From contig NC_085846.1 in the NCBI RefSeq assembly GCF_035594765.1, positions 82,013,190 to 82,077,189 on the forward strand: a DNA stretch of 64,000 nucleotides, given 5' to 3'. Both the position numbers and the translations under genes were made by a program. Below are positions 47,986-60,432 of the stretch, one piece after another. The notes below the pieces were generated by a model. It had not been told where the DNA came from. It did no database searches and worked only from the letters and a program-made list of their open reading frames with translations. How positions within the stretch are numbered: the first letter of the stretch is position 1; the number at the start of each line of letters is the position of its first letter. This DNA is from Anolis carolinensis (lineage: Eukaryota).

Positions 47986-49392
47986 TACCTATAACGTCAA
48001 ACCAAGCACTATCTCCCCCTTTAAGGATTAAATGTAGGTTAATATTTACTAAAGCTAGTTTTTGAAACTTTCCCTTCCACTTGGGTCTCTCCTGTTTTGT
48101 TATTCTTTTACAGCATCTAGCGAAAGTTATTTATATGGGTTCTTAGGAATGGTTCCTGTTTGTTTTTTTTTGCTTCTATATCCACCCCAGCCCCATACTT
48201 TCAATTGCATTTATAGGTGACCCTTTGAGGGGCGATGGGCGAATTTCTTTAGAGTGAGAAACAAGATCATTGTTGGAGGCAATCGAGAGCTCGGTGTGAA
48301 ACTCCAGTTAAGGGACACAAACAATGCCCACAATTAGAAATTTAGGGAGGGTTAAGAGAGAAGAAAGAGCGGGGATGTTTTAACTCACTGCTGTTTTATA
48401 GATACCGCAATCACACTCCGGAAATGAAACATAGCAGTTTACAAGAGGCACAAAACCGATGGCTTTTCGGGCCTAGGGAGAGCCAGTTAGTCCTTTGGAG
48501 CCCATGAAAAGCCCAGGCCCCAAAGAGGCCAGTGTGAAAAGTCTCTGAACAATTGACCAAAAAGGAAAGTGAGATTCAACCTTTTGCAGTGCACATTTAT
48601 TTGGAAGCAAGGCCCAATTAACTCTGGGTGTGTACACACAAAACACAGCCTTGTACTGCTGAAATTCATGGGATCTTTCTGACTTGGCCTGTAGTACTCT
48701 CCTCACTTCAACTCTAGATCCAGTAGTATATTGTGAAATTATGACCAGGATTAGAAAACAAATAAAAACCTCTTGCCTGTCTAAAAATTAAATTCACATT
48801 CTATAACCATGAAGGTAACAATAGCTATTCTATAACCATGGAAAGTTGTTGATTAAATAAGTAATATTTTTACTAATTCTTGAGATGCTTGGCTCTGTTG
48901 TTTTTCATCATCTAAATCCAGATACTCATAGGCCAGAAATGTGCCTATCTTACTATTGAGATAAAATACCAATTAACAGAAACATGGAGGGGTTTTTTTT
49001 TTAAACTAAGACAATCTGGGCTCTTCGAAGCAACTGATAAGCGCCTTGATCTTATTCAGATACCTTTGAAGCACAGGCTTGGCCAACAAATGAACAGAGG
49101 TAACAGCAAACACCACAACAGTGTGGAGAGACACCACTTCCTGTCTGGTTCGTGATCTACCGATCAAACGATCGAGTTCAGCTTTAAGAGATAAGCTTAG
49201 CCTCGGAAGGGTTGCAAAAGGCAACAAGAGATCAGTTCCGCTTCCTTGTTGATCCAGAAAACTAAGCGCAGCTGGACGTTACACTTCGCTCCTTATATTC
49301 CGGTGGGAAACAATTTCAGATTGTTTAAAGGGTTCAAGGAAGAGGAGCCCGCCTCCTGGAATCAGGCCTGGTTGAGGAAGGGAGGCACTGGA

Positions 49393-49714
49393 TGTGTTGT
49401 CGAAGGCTTTCATGGCCGGAATCACTGGGTTGCTGTGAGTTTTCCTAGGCTGTATGGTCATGTTTCAGAAGCATTCTCTCCTGACACTTCACACTATAGC
49501 AGGCATCTTAAGAGATTGTGAGGTCTGTTGGAAACTGGGCAACATTCACCCTGCCTCAAACAGACAAGAGTTCCTTCTCCCATCCTGGACATTCCACAGA
49601 GATATAAATCCCACTTGCATCGTTTCCAACAGACCTCACAACCTCTGCCATAGATGCAGGCGGAACGTCAGGAGAAAATGCTTCTGGAACATGGCCATAC
49701 CGCCCGGAAAACTC
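49393..49714. mobile_element. Inverted pair of Penelope terminal repeats ~690 bp upstream of HOXA6
   Basis: Minus arm 49393-~49541 and plus arm ~49542-49714. Both hammerheads are damaged. Confidence 0.85.
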
Positions 49715-50399
49715 TAAAAACCCGTAACCAGGTTGGAAATCTTCCTATTCAAGAACAGCGAAAGCTCCACAACTTAAAAGAGGCCAAACAAGGACATTGG
49801 CGGGTCCTGATGCTTTTCCTATGTGTGGATCTTGGGAGGTGAAGGGCTGGAGAAGGGAGGATTTCCTTAGGGACGCTGGTTTGTGCCTCACTTTGTAAAA
49901 GGATTTCCTTCCGGATGGAAGGTGCTCCTTGCTCTCTCGGCAGCCCTCCCTGGGTGTGTTGACTTATTTCCAGCCCCGTCTCCTTCCCAGACACGCAGAC
50001 ATGTGCACCCCCCCTCCCCAGTTCTCCTCCAGGAGCGACCCTGCTCCTCTCCCCTCCCCTCCCCGTTCCTTGGGCATCTTCGCCGCCCCATCGCTCCCGC
50101 AACTAACTCCTCCTTTGGGCGACCATTGGCACCGCGCTGCCCCATCCATCTGCCGGGCTCCGGAGGTGGGGAGGGTGTTGTTTGTAACTTTGCTGCCTCG
50201 GTGGCGGCGGATCCCAGGGGAGAAGGCCCTCCGCCGCTCTCTCATTGGACGCCCGGCCGTCAGCTGGTGCTATTTGCTGCTGTCGCTTTTGGCGCTCGGC
50301 CATCCAGAAACAAACCCCTCGCATGACTACTAATAGTTATATAGCCAGATGTACTAATACACAACAAATCACGGGTATTCCGGGACCTGGGGAGCTTCC

Positions 50400-50841
50400 A
50401 TGAGTTCCTATTTCGTGAATCCCCCTTTCCCGGGGAGCTTGCCCAATGGGCCCGAGACTCCCTTCCTGGGGCAGCTGCCCCTCTACCCGGCGGGCTACGA
50501 GGCGCTGAGGCACTTCCCCACCTCCTATGGGTCCGGAAGCTTGCCGGACAAGACCTACTCCTCCCCTTGCTTCTACCAGCAGTCCAGCAACACCACAGTC
50601 ATCTCCTGCAACGACTATGGCGCCTCGTGCTTCTACTCGGAGAAGGAGCTGGGCGGGGGCGCTTCCTCCTCGCCCAAGCCCCGGGCCCACCACCCAGGGG
50701 ACTACCTGCCCTGCTTCGCCAACGCCAACCAGCCCTACAAGCCCGAGGCAGGCCCCCACAAAACCCTCAGCGAGGAAGGCAGCGACCGGAAGTACGCCAA
50801 CCCTGTTTATCCCTGGATGCAAAGGATGAACTCCTGCGCGG
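50400..50841 (+). CDS. HOXA6: HOXA6 exon 1 (joined CDS 50400-50841 + 53149-53405, 232 aa)
   Basis: [15 protein letters not shown]...FLGQLPLY...[13 protein letters not shown]. Donor GCG G|gtaagt. Confidence 0.96.
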
Positions 50842-51148
50842 GTAAGTCAGTCAATGGGACGCTCCCAAAGGGGGGTGGAGTAGAGAGAGGGGGGTGGGGA
50901 ACTGGGGTGCAAGGATTATAGTGGGGGGGGGGGGAGAACTTTATTTTGGTCAATGGGAAGCAATGGCACCTGCAAGCCAAGGGTAACCTGAGATAGTCTC
51001 TCACGTTCTGCCTTAACCTGACACTTCAGTGGCCAAGAAAAATGACTTTATGAGCATTGCCTCAAGTCTTTACAAGCCAATCAAGGTTGCAACAATTAAG
51101 ACATTTGCTTGGAAGCAAGTCCTAGGAAACTATCTGATGATGATAATG

Positions 51149-51207
<59 letters not shown>

Positions 51208-51235
51208 ACATAAAGGTTGTAATGGCTAAACCATA

Positions 51236-51618
51236 GGCTGGATTTACACTGCCATATAATGCAGCTTAAATTGCATAATATGGTCAGTGTAGGCACATTT
51301 GCAGCACTTCAATGGAGCTCAAGCTGCATTATATGGGTCTATCTACACTGACACCAGGAGATACAGAGCCAGCCTTAAGAAATGGGGCCATAAAGTGGAG
51401 CCCACGACATGCCAGTATGTAGAAGAGCAAACCACAGACCACCTATTACAATGCAGTCTGAGCCCTGCCACGTCCACAATAGCAACACCAGAGGCACTCC
51501 ATTGGACAGCTGCTGGTCAAAGAACATTTAGTATAATGCCAAGTTTTTAACTTTGCTTGTGTTTTTAAATGCATTACAACTGTACCCTCGGTTCGTTTCT
51601 GACACAATAAATAAATAA

Positions 51619-51654
<36 letters not shown>

Positions 51655-51716
51655 ACAAATCTACACTGACCATATAATGCAGTTCAAACTGAATTTCTGG
51701 CAGTATAGATCCAGCC
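51236..51716. mobile_element. Harbinger-type MITE in the HOXA6 intron, carrying a nested LINE
   Basis: TIRs GGCTGGATTTACACTGCCA and TGGCAGTATAGATCCAGCC. Confidence 0.75.
51353..51658 (+). mobile_element. Ingi/Vingi-like LINE 3' end
   Basis: Peptide LKKWGHKVEPTTCQYVEEQTTDHLLQCSLSP is a decayed CCHC knuckle. Tail is (TAAA)n(GATA)n. TSD ATCTACACTGAC (12 bp) at 51341-51352 and 51659-51670. Confidence 0.7.
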
Positions 51717-51778
51717 TTACTTGGAAGCAAGTGCCAAGAACATTTTAAAATAAGGGATACTTCAAAAGCAGTCGATTT

Positions 51779-51830
<52 letters not shown>

Positions 51831-53123
51831 CTCAAAGACGTGCCTCCTTCCCTTGGTCTCAAAGACTGATGTGTAGGAATATGTCCTCTGTATCGACTGC
51901 TCAATATGTTTGTGAGACATTCTCTCTCCCCCCCTCCCTTCACTCACTCATTAGTGTATAAGTATTAGCTATTGAATGCACGTTTTCCAGTAATATGTGC
52001 GCAGACACAAATCATCTCCCAGGGACAGAGGGGACGGGAAGAGAGGAGACTTGATCAATTGCCAAACTCCCATTGATTTCATTGCGCCAAAATGTTACCC
52101 TTTGTCTTTCTTAAAGTGGAAGTTTGCAGCAGGAAAGGAAAATACAGTGTCCAGTTTTAAATCCCAGTAACATTCGCACATCATTTTAAAAAATACTAAT
52201 AAAAAATAAAATACAGCTTTTTCAAGAAAAAAATAGAAGGGGAGCCACTTTGTAGTCATTGCAAGATTTTGGAATGAACTACAATGTTTTAAGGTTTCAT
52301 TGAAAAAATAATAATTTAAATTACTGATTACATACCTTAATTTCTATCCTAAATCAGAAAGAAAGAAATATCCCTTATTTTAAAATGTTCCTGGAACTTG
52401 CTTCCAAGTAAGTCTGGAACTACACTGCAGTTTGAACTGCATTATATGGTCAGTGTAGATAGACCCATATAATGCAGCTTGAGTTACACTGAACTGCTCT
52501 AAATGTGTCTACACATTTATCATGCAATTTAAGAAAGAAAGAAAGAAGCAAGCTTACAGCAAAAATCCACTTACTCGGAAGCAGATTTGACTGAAACTCG
52601 AGGAACCAGCATATATAAATATGCCTTAGAATCTAATGTCAAATTTCTGAAGTTAGAAGCTTCGTATATCAGGACTTGGATCCCAAGTAAAGTTAATGGC
52701 TTTTGACCCATACTTATTTCAAAGGAGAGTTAAGCAATGCCCTGCCTGAGAGCAATTTCTATTGAAGAGCAATGGAGCTTCAGTGTTTAAATTTGGTTGG
52801 ATCATGCCCAATGACTATAGGTGTTTGTGGTTACCACACAAAGAGGTAGAAAGTAGCCACATGGTCGTATGCTCCATGTGTACATGTGCCTTATTTGTGT
52901 ACTATTATGGAAGGAATGCAAGGATTGCACAGGAGATGATATTGTGTTTCTCAATGTTTTGTATTCAATATTCTGCTACCAGATTATAATGACTGGGAAA
53001 TAATTAATTCTGGAAATTAGACTCAGGGATGAGGCTGTATGTGTCTTATGCAAGGAGGAGGCTGAACAAAGCAAACAGGTCTCTTGATGTTTTTTCCCTA
53101 GCTCGAAGGCCTGCTCCTATTGA

Positions 53124-53405
<282 letters not shown>

Positions 53406-53491
53406 AATCATGCTTTTCAAAAAAGTTGCCACCTCTTTCCCCTTTCCCATGCCTCTCGGTTATGTTCCTCCTTCCAGTACAATCCTCTGCA

Positions 53492-53545
<54 letters not shown>

Positions 53546-55176
53546 TTCAGCCTAAGGACTCTCAAAGGCTTGATGAAAATATATGCCTATTTATAGCTCT
53601 CTATATATTTGCAATTAACTGTGAAATCTTGTCTAGAGCATTATTGACTGTAAAAGTGCGTGATGTACATAGTCGGGTCTACAACGTATAGGGTGTTTGG
53701 AGTCTAGATTTTTTTTTTTTTACAAAATGCATTCAGTGTTCAACATTTGAAAGTCAGCAGTTGGACGGTTTGGCTTCTAGAAACACATAAAAGGCCAGTA
53801 GGTTCAAAGGGAAACCTCCAATTTCTAGAGAGACGAGTTCTCCAGCCTCTTATTTATGACTCTGCTGCTAACTAGGGATAGACTTATTGTTGCTTATTGT
53901 TCTCCCCCTTTTCATCTCAGACCAAAAACCCATTTATTCCCGCAATTTCAGCTGATTTCAAGGTGGCTTATTTAAATAAGTTGCCTGCCGCCATGGCAAC
54001 TTTAAGGAATTATAAATGTTATGGATTGGGAAGCGGGAAAGATATAATTATTTGCAGGTATAATTTGAATCTAGAATTAGAGACAACACTTCTCCCTCTC
54101 CCAATAAAAGGGGAGGGGACATTTCAGCACCTTTTTTGTTGGATGGAGCTGTTGATATGAATAATTAAGAGATTCAAAATTTAAAAAAATACTCCCAAGT
54201 CTTGCCTTTCTTCCCCACAGTCAAACTACAGGGTGGAAAAAATATTTTAAAATTGGAGGGAGTATATCTGCAGGCCAGCAGTGAGTGAGTAAAATAATTA
54301 TGCATCATAGAGGTTTTTCCTCCCCTTTGGACACTGTTAAATTCCAGTCTCAGTGCTTTTCAAAATCTAAATCCAGCCATGATAATGATGAAAAAGGGTA
54401 GAAGGCGGCACACGACGTGGTGTTAATCCCCAGTACAGTGCAAATGTATGTTCGTATGAGTGTTTGGCGTCCATTATGTATATGTCTATGTATATATAGA
54501 AACCTGAAAAAATCTTTTATTGATGCTATGAAATCTTGACCGCTGGGGCCACGGCTCTGGATATAAATAAAAGCGATAGAATGACTTCTCTTCTCTTCAA
54601 AAGACCATCCTCAACTTATATTTATGCGAGAAAAGACCTCCTGGTGCCCACCCGTGCATAAAATAACTGGATTTTTAAAAAGACAATATCTTTCAAATTC
54701 TACTACAGGAAAGCTCAATGGAAGGGGAATTTAACATTGGTACTGGTTTTAAAACACAGATGGCGGGTGTTTCTGGGAGAATAGCACAGCAATTGTTGCT
54801 AGGCGGGAAGGATTTCATTCTCTCTCCTGATTTAAATCATTAGCCGTCTTCTCCAACCTATATATATGTCTTTGGCCTGGAGGAGACGGCGAATGCATTG
54901 ATTTGTATTTTTATTTTGCTTTTAAATATTTTTAAGGAAGATCCTCAAATATTTATTTAAAAATATAGGTTTTTTTTTCTCAAAAGGGTGACTATTTTCT
55001 TTCCCTGGGCTTCTGCCTCCTTGCTGGTTTTCCGATGGGGAGCCGATAGCCCTTCACAATTGGTACACAGTAATGGCACTGCGAGGGCGATGCCATAATT
55101 TTGCTATAATGGGCTGTAACCTCGATTCGACCCCGCCAGCAGCAGCAGCAGAGCCCGTTCGGCGGGTCGGGAAGCC

Positions 55177-55208
55177 TGCAGTGGCGCCTGTCCTCCAGCA
55201 GGTGGCGC
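55177..55208 (+). promoter_or_regulatory. CTCF site between HOXA6 and HOXA5 (C5|6-type boundary)
   Basis: Consensus core CCAGCAGGTGGCGC at 55195-55208 with an upstream TGCAGT module, in a CpG-rich segment. Confidence 0.78.
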
Positions 55209-55289
55209 GCGAGGCCGGCTGACGCTGGGGAGCCGGGGCCGGGCGCGAGCGCCGTGCGCGCGCCTCCCCCCTCCTTCCTCGCCCCCCTT

Positions 55290-55485
55290 NNNNNNNNNNN
55301 NNNNNNNNNNNNNNNNNNNNNNNNNNNNNNNNNNNNNNNNNNNNNNNNNNNNNNNNNNNNNNNNNNNNNNNNNNNNNNNNNNNNNNNNNNNNNNNNNNNN
55401 NNNNNNNNNNNNNNNNNNNNNNNNNNNNNNNNNNNNNNNNNNNNNNNNNNNNNNNNNNNNNNNNNNNNNNNNNNNNNNNNNNNNN
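55290..55485. other. Assembly gap over the HOXA5 proximal promoter and 5'UTR
   Basis: Run of N. Confidence 1.
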
Positions 55486-55594
55486 AAGAGAGCCACAAAT
55501 CAAGCCCCCCAATTTCCACCGATCTTTTTAAAAAAATTATTCCACTACCATCACCCCAACCAACCAAGCAACCCAACAACAACAACGACAACAA

Positions 55595-56261
55595 ATGAGC
55601 TCTTATTTTGTAAACTCCTTTTGCGGTCGCTACCCCAATGGCCCGGAGTACCCGTTACATAATTATGGAGATGCCAGTGCCGTGAGCGAGCAATTCAGGG
55701 AATCCGCTGCCATGCATTCCGGCAGGTATGGCAACAGCGGGGGCTACGGCTACAATGGCATGGACCTCAGCGTCAGCCGCTCGGCTTCCGGCCACTTTGG
55801 AGCAGCGGGGCCCTCGGAGAGGACGAGGGGCAGCTACCCCGCCAACGCCAACGCCTCCTCTTCCTCCTCCTCCGCGGCCAACACCCCCGAGGCCAGGTAT
55901 GCCAACCGGGCGGCGGCGGCTGCGGCAGCAGTGGGCACCCACTCGCCACACTCGCCTGACCCGCTGCCCTGCGCTGCTGCCGCCGCAGCCCCCTCGCCAG
56001 CCAACGGCAGCAGCGTGAAAAACTCCACCGCCAACTCGACCGGCGCTTCCTCTACTTCCAGCAGCACCAGCAGCAGCGCCAGCGCCAACAACAGCCATGG
56101 CAGCGGCGGCAGAGAAGGGCTCAGCGCCTCGCCGGGCACAGAAGAGGCTCCTCCGGCCGGCAGCGAGCAAGCCAACCCCCAACAGAGCGACCAAAGCCCG
56201 GCCCCACAGCCGCCACAGCCCCAGATCTACCCCTGGATGAGAAAGCTCCACATAAGCCATG
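55595..56261 (+). CDS. HOXA5: HOXA5 exon 1 (joined CDS 55595-56261 + 57626-57876, 305 aa)
   Basis: [19 protein letters not shown] start, [10 protein letters not shown] and [15 protein letters not shown]. Donor CAT G|gtaatc. Confidence 0.97.
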
Positions 56262-56411
56262 GTAATCATACTAATAATAATACTACTAATAAAGCATGCT
56301 CAGAGATACTCCAGAAAGCCGCCTGTCTTGACTATAGGGATCTTGGAGGGAGACAGAATGGAAAGAGAGGGGAGGGGAGGGTGTGGAGATTGCCTAGAGG
56401 CACACACTTTG

Positions 56412-56866
56412 AAAATAGATATGGAGCATAGGGTTGTCTAGACGCATACATTGCTTGCAAACCCTTCTCCAGAAAGTCTTGGAATGTAGGGTGTGTTTGT
56501 TTGTACATGGGGTCTATCTTGGGAAAAAGAGTATGAAGATTCAGTAAAGAACTAGAAGAGGTCAGGCCAGAGTGAGGGAGCTGCTTCGAAGAACTCTTTG
56601 CTCGCAAAATAGATGTGGAGGATGGGATGGGTGGGTGCAGCATAGGGTTGTCACAGTCTAGACGCACACATTTGGCATGCAAAGAGAGAAGGCTGCTCTT
56701 CAAATCTTCTCCAGAAAGCCTTGGAATGTGGGATGTGTGTGTGTGTGTGTGGAGGGGTGTGTTGTTGTTTGTACACGGGTCTATCCTGGGAAAAAGAGTG
56801 TAAGGATCCAGTAGAGAACTAGAAGAGGTCAGGCCAGAGAGTGAGGGAGCTGCTTCGAAGAACTCT
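56412..56866. repeat. ~190-260 bp direct duplication in the HOXA5 intron
   Basis: AAAATAGAT..GGAG...TCTAGACGCA...GAGGGAGCTGCTTCGAAGAACTCT at 56412-56598 and 56606-56866. Confidence 0.85.
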
Positions 56867-57504
56867 TCCTTCCCCAAGTCTCCAGAACTGTGCTGAAATG
56901 GTGGGCACGGAGGGGAGAGAGAGGAGAGACAGAGGGAAAAGGTCTTGAATAGTGAGTGTCAGCCTCTGTAATTTATGACGAGGACCGTCCAGTGAAAAAC
57001 ACCGTTACTAATTATATCAAAAAAGAAGTTGAGCAATTTGTGTGTGAGTGTGTGTGTGAAGTGGGGGGAGAAGAAATTAACTAGGAGGGAAGGAAGTCAG
57101 TCAAGGGGAAAAACTTGCAGGGAGAGAGACTGGGGGGATACAAATAATACCAGACGTCAGTCTGGCAGTCCTGGAAACTATTCCCATTGCAATCTAAAGT
57201 CCCAAATAAAGTGTCCAGAAGCTGTGGATTGCCCTCCCCTGAGCTTCTGGACTCGAAAAAATATTATTACAGGACTTTGAAAGGCTAAAGGGTGGAGTTA
57301 AGGCTGTTGTGGACCCAAAAGAAAATGAAATGTGGGGGGTACAGAAGAAATGCTTCCTCGCTTTTGCTTGAAATTCATACAAAAGAATGGGAGGACTGGG
57401 GAAAACTATTGAAAAATCCAAAGTGATGGAAATTATTTAAGGAAAAGGAAGGAGGGCTATGGAAGGGAGGTGAGAAGGAGGTACTTGTTGAGTCTCTTTC
57501 CTAA

Positions 57505-57876
<372 letters not shown>

Positions 57877-59041
57877 AAGAGGGACCCCGGATTTGCCCCA
57901 ACTAAACCCAAAAACAAAACCAAGTACTGAGCAGTATTATATGAGCTGACTCTGCGTGGAATGTCAGTTGTCTGTCTGTCTGTCTCTCTCTCTGCCTCTC
58001 TCTCTCTCTTTCTCTCGCGTTGACTTGCTCCAACTTCCCCGGGAGAGGGGAAAACGCTCCCTAGTCCATCTTTTAATCATGAGCCTGTTTTAATTGAGCT
58101 TTCCCAGCGCGGGTTACCAGTAGATCTGCTTCTTTGTCTTGAATGGCTTTGTCTTGAAGAAGAAGAAGAAAAAATAATAATAATATGTAGATGTTTTAAC
58201 TTATTTATATAAAGCGAGTGGTGTTACTTGAAGTAACTGTAAAAAGGAGGGGGGAGACTACACACTCACCAAAAAAAAAAAAAAAAAACCCAGTAAGGGA
58301 GAGCCATCGACTCCCTTCTTCCTTCCTCCCCCCTCCCTCTCTTTCTCCCCCACCCCTGTTTCCACCCCCATGTTTCTCTGTGTGTTGCACTCGCTGTGCT
58401 TAACTGTGCATGTGTGTTCAAAAAAATAATAAAAAAGTGTCGGTGTCTGTATAGCTCCAAGCTGTGGCCAAGATTTCCAATCCAAACCTACCTATCTTAA
58501 TTCCTGTTGTCATTAATGGCTGTTGTAGAGGTGAAATGATGAAATACAAAAACGGAACTGTGTCCTAACTTGTAGTGAATATAGTGAATCTGTGACGAAA
58601 ACTGTGATCCCAGACAGTATGTCCTTGCTGTGCCTTTGTATATGACTCCTTTTTTGCACGAACTCTCGAAAAAGTGGCTTTTTCTTAAGCGCAGCTTCAG
58701 TAATGTATAGGGTGCTTTCTTTCTTGCTTTCCTTCTCTCTCTTTCTTGTGGATAAAGTTACACATTGAGTCAAAGTCTGGCTGGCTGTCTGAGCAAAAAA
58801 AATAATGTGATCGGCCTTTTAAAAATGTTTTGTTTTTTTTTAAAAAAAGAACTGACTGGAAAAATAAACTTTCTATTGTAAGGGTTTCCCCCATTTCTTT
58901 GTGCCCAGATCCCCCTTTCCTGGTTGGTACTCTAAGGTACCTCAAGATGACCTCCTTTAGTAGTCTCATTAGATCAAAGTTGAGAAGAAACTAAGCTTTT
59001 CCCAACTAAAAGGGTGGGAATTGCCCTACATTTCTCTGGAT

Positions 59042-59139
59042 TGGGTTGCTGTGAGTTTTCCAGAAGGAACATGGCCTTACAGCCCGGAAAACTCACAGTA
59101 GCCCAGTGATTCCAGCCATGAAAACCTTCGACAACACAT
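59042..59139. mobile_element. Small palindromic Penelope terminal fragment
   Basis: GGGTTGCTGTGAGTTTTCC is inverted against GGAAAACTCACAGTAGCCC. TSD is approximately TTTCTCTGGATT. Confidence 0.8.
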
Positions 59140-59678
59140 TTTCTCTGGATTACTGAGTTCCTCTTAATGCAGAAGGTTGTTATGATCCTTTGGTTCCTCT
59201 TAATGCATAAGGTTATTAAGATCCTTTGGTTCATCTTAATCCAGAAGGTTGCTAAAACCCGTTGCCAGTTCCCTTTCTTGAGGAAGAGTCCCAACATCTC
59301 TTCTCTGCCACATGGAAAACTCTTGTTTACTTCAACAACAACAACAGCAACAACAACACCTCTAGAACCTGCTTTAACTTTCTCTAGGTTTATCGTTCTA
59401 AGTAACTTAGCATACTGGTGCTGGGACAAGGTCTGGAGAGACTTTGGAGTCTGTAGACAACATCCAATGTGAGAGCAAACACCTACTTCCTCCTCAAACA
59501 CTCTTTAAAAACTATTAGGAATATTTCCTTTTAGACATACCAATAATTTATTTTTTGCCAGAGCAAATCTTGCTAGAAACGTAGCTGTTACTTACCTCCC
59601 TTGGGCTTGAATGGCTAAGGTTGTTGAGCTTCTAAGAGCAACTAAAGATCTGCACATTTAGAGACCGGTAACACTGAT

Positions 59679-59810
59679 NNNNNNNNNNNNNNNNNNNNNN
59701 NNNNNNNNNNNNNNNNNNNNNNNNNNNNNNNNNNNNNNNNNNNNNNNNNNNNNNNNNNNNNNNNNNNNNNNNNNNNNNNNNNNNNNNNNNNNNNNNNNNN
59801 NNNNNNNNNN
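59679..59810. other. Assembly gap
   Basis: Run of N. Confidence 1.
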
Positions 59811-59945
59811 GCTCACTGGCTATAAAATGTCACGTGACGCCATTAAAGTAAGTTTTATGGTTTTGGGGAGTTGTCATCCAACATTATATACCACATAACA
59901 TATAATCGCACTGACGCTGGACTTCATTTGACTCTTTTGCAGGCT
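59811..59945 (+). promoter_or_regulatory. Motif block downstream of HOXA5 (enhancer or distal promoter candidate)
   Basis: TATAAAA, palindromic GTCACGTGAC, CCATTAAA and Cdx-type TTTTATGG. Its 5' part runs into an assembly gap. Confidence 0.6.
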
Positions 59946-60385
59946 ACGTGTGCCTCCTGGTCATTCAAATTATCAGGTTTAGGTACAGAAGTTATCTGTT
60001 CCCCCAAGTTCTCACAAATGCTCTGTGAAAAAAAATGGCGAGCAAGTTAAGGTAAGTTTTCTTTTGTGCACAAGTTGTTTGAAGTTTCTTTGTACAATGG
60101 AGAAGGCAGCTGTGAATGGCTTGGTCCAGGCTGCTTGAACGACCAGGTTTTGAGCCGTAGATCAACCTTTCTTAAGAGACGAGATTTAGAAAGAAGGGAA
60201 GTGTTTCCTTCCACTTCTTAACTTCTAAACGTCCAGCATTTATAGTGATATGTAAATAAATATAGATATATCCAAGTTAGGCACAATAAGCGGCTTTAGC
60301 AGAGGTGGATTTTGAGGCCTAACTGTAATTAGGTTGACTACAGAGAAATGATAAAGACTTAGTTGCTTGTTGTGTTTCTTGAAGG

Positions 60386-60432
<47 letters not shown>

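Noticed and set aside
49006-49300. Structured-looking unique sequence, considered as a small RNA or antisense lncRNA exon
   Set aside because: No tRNA, snRNA or snoRNA box pattern recognised, and no expression evidence.
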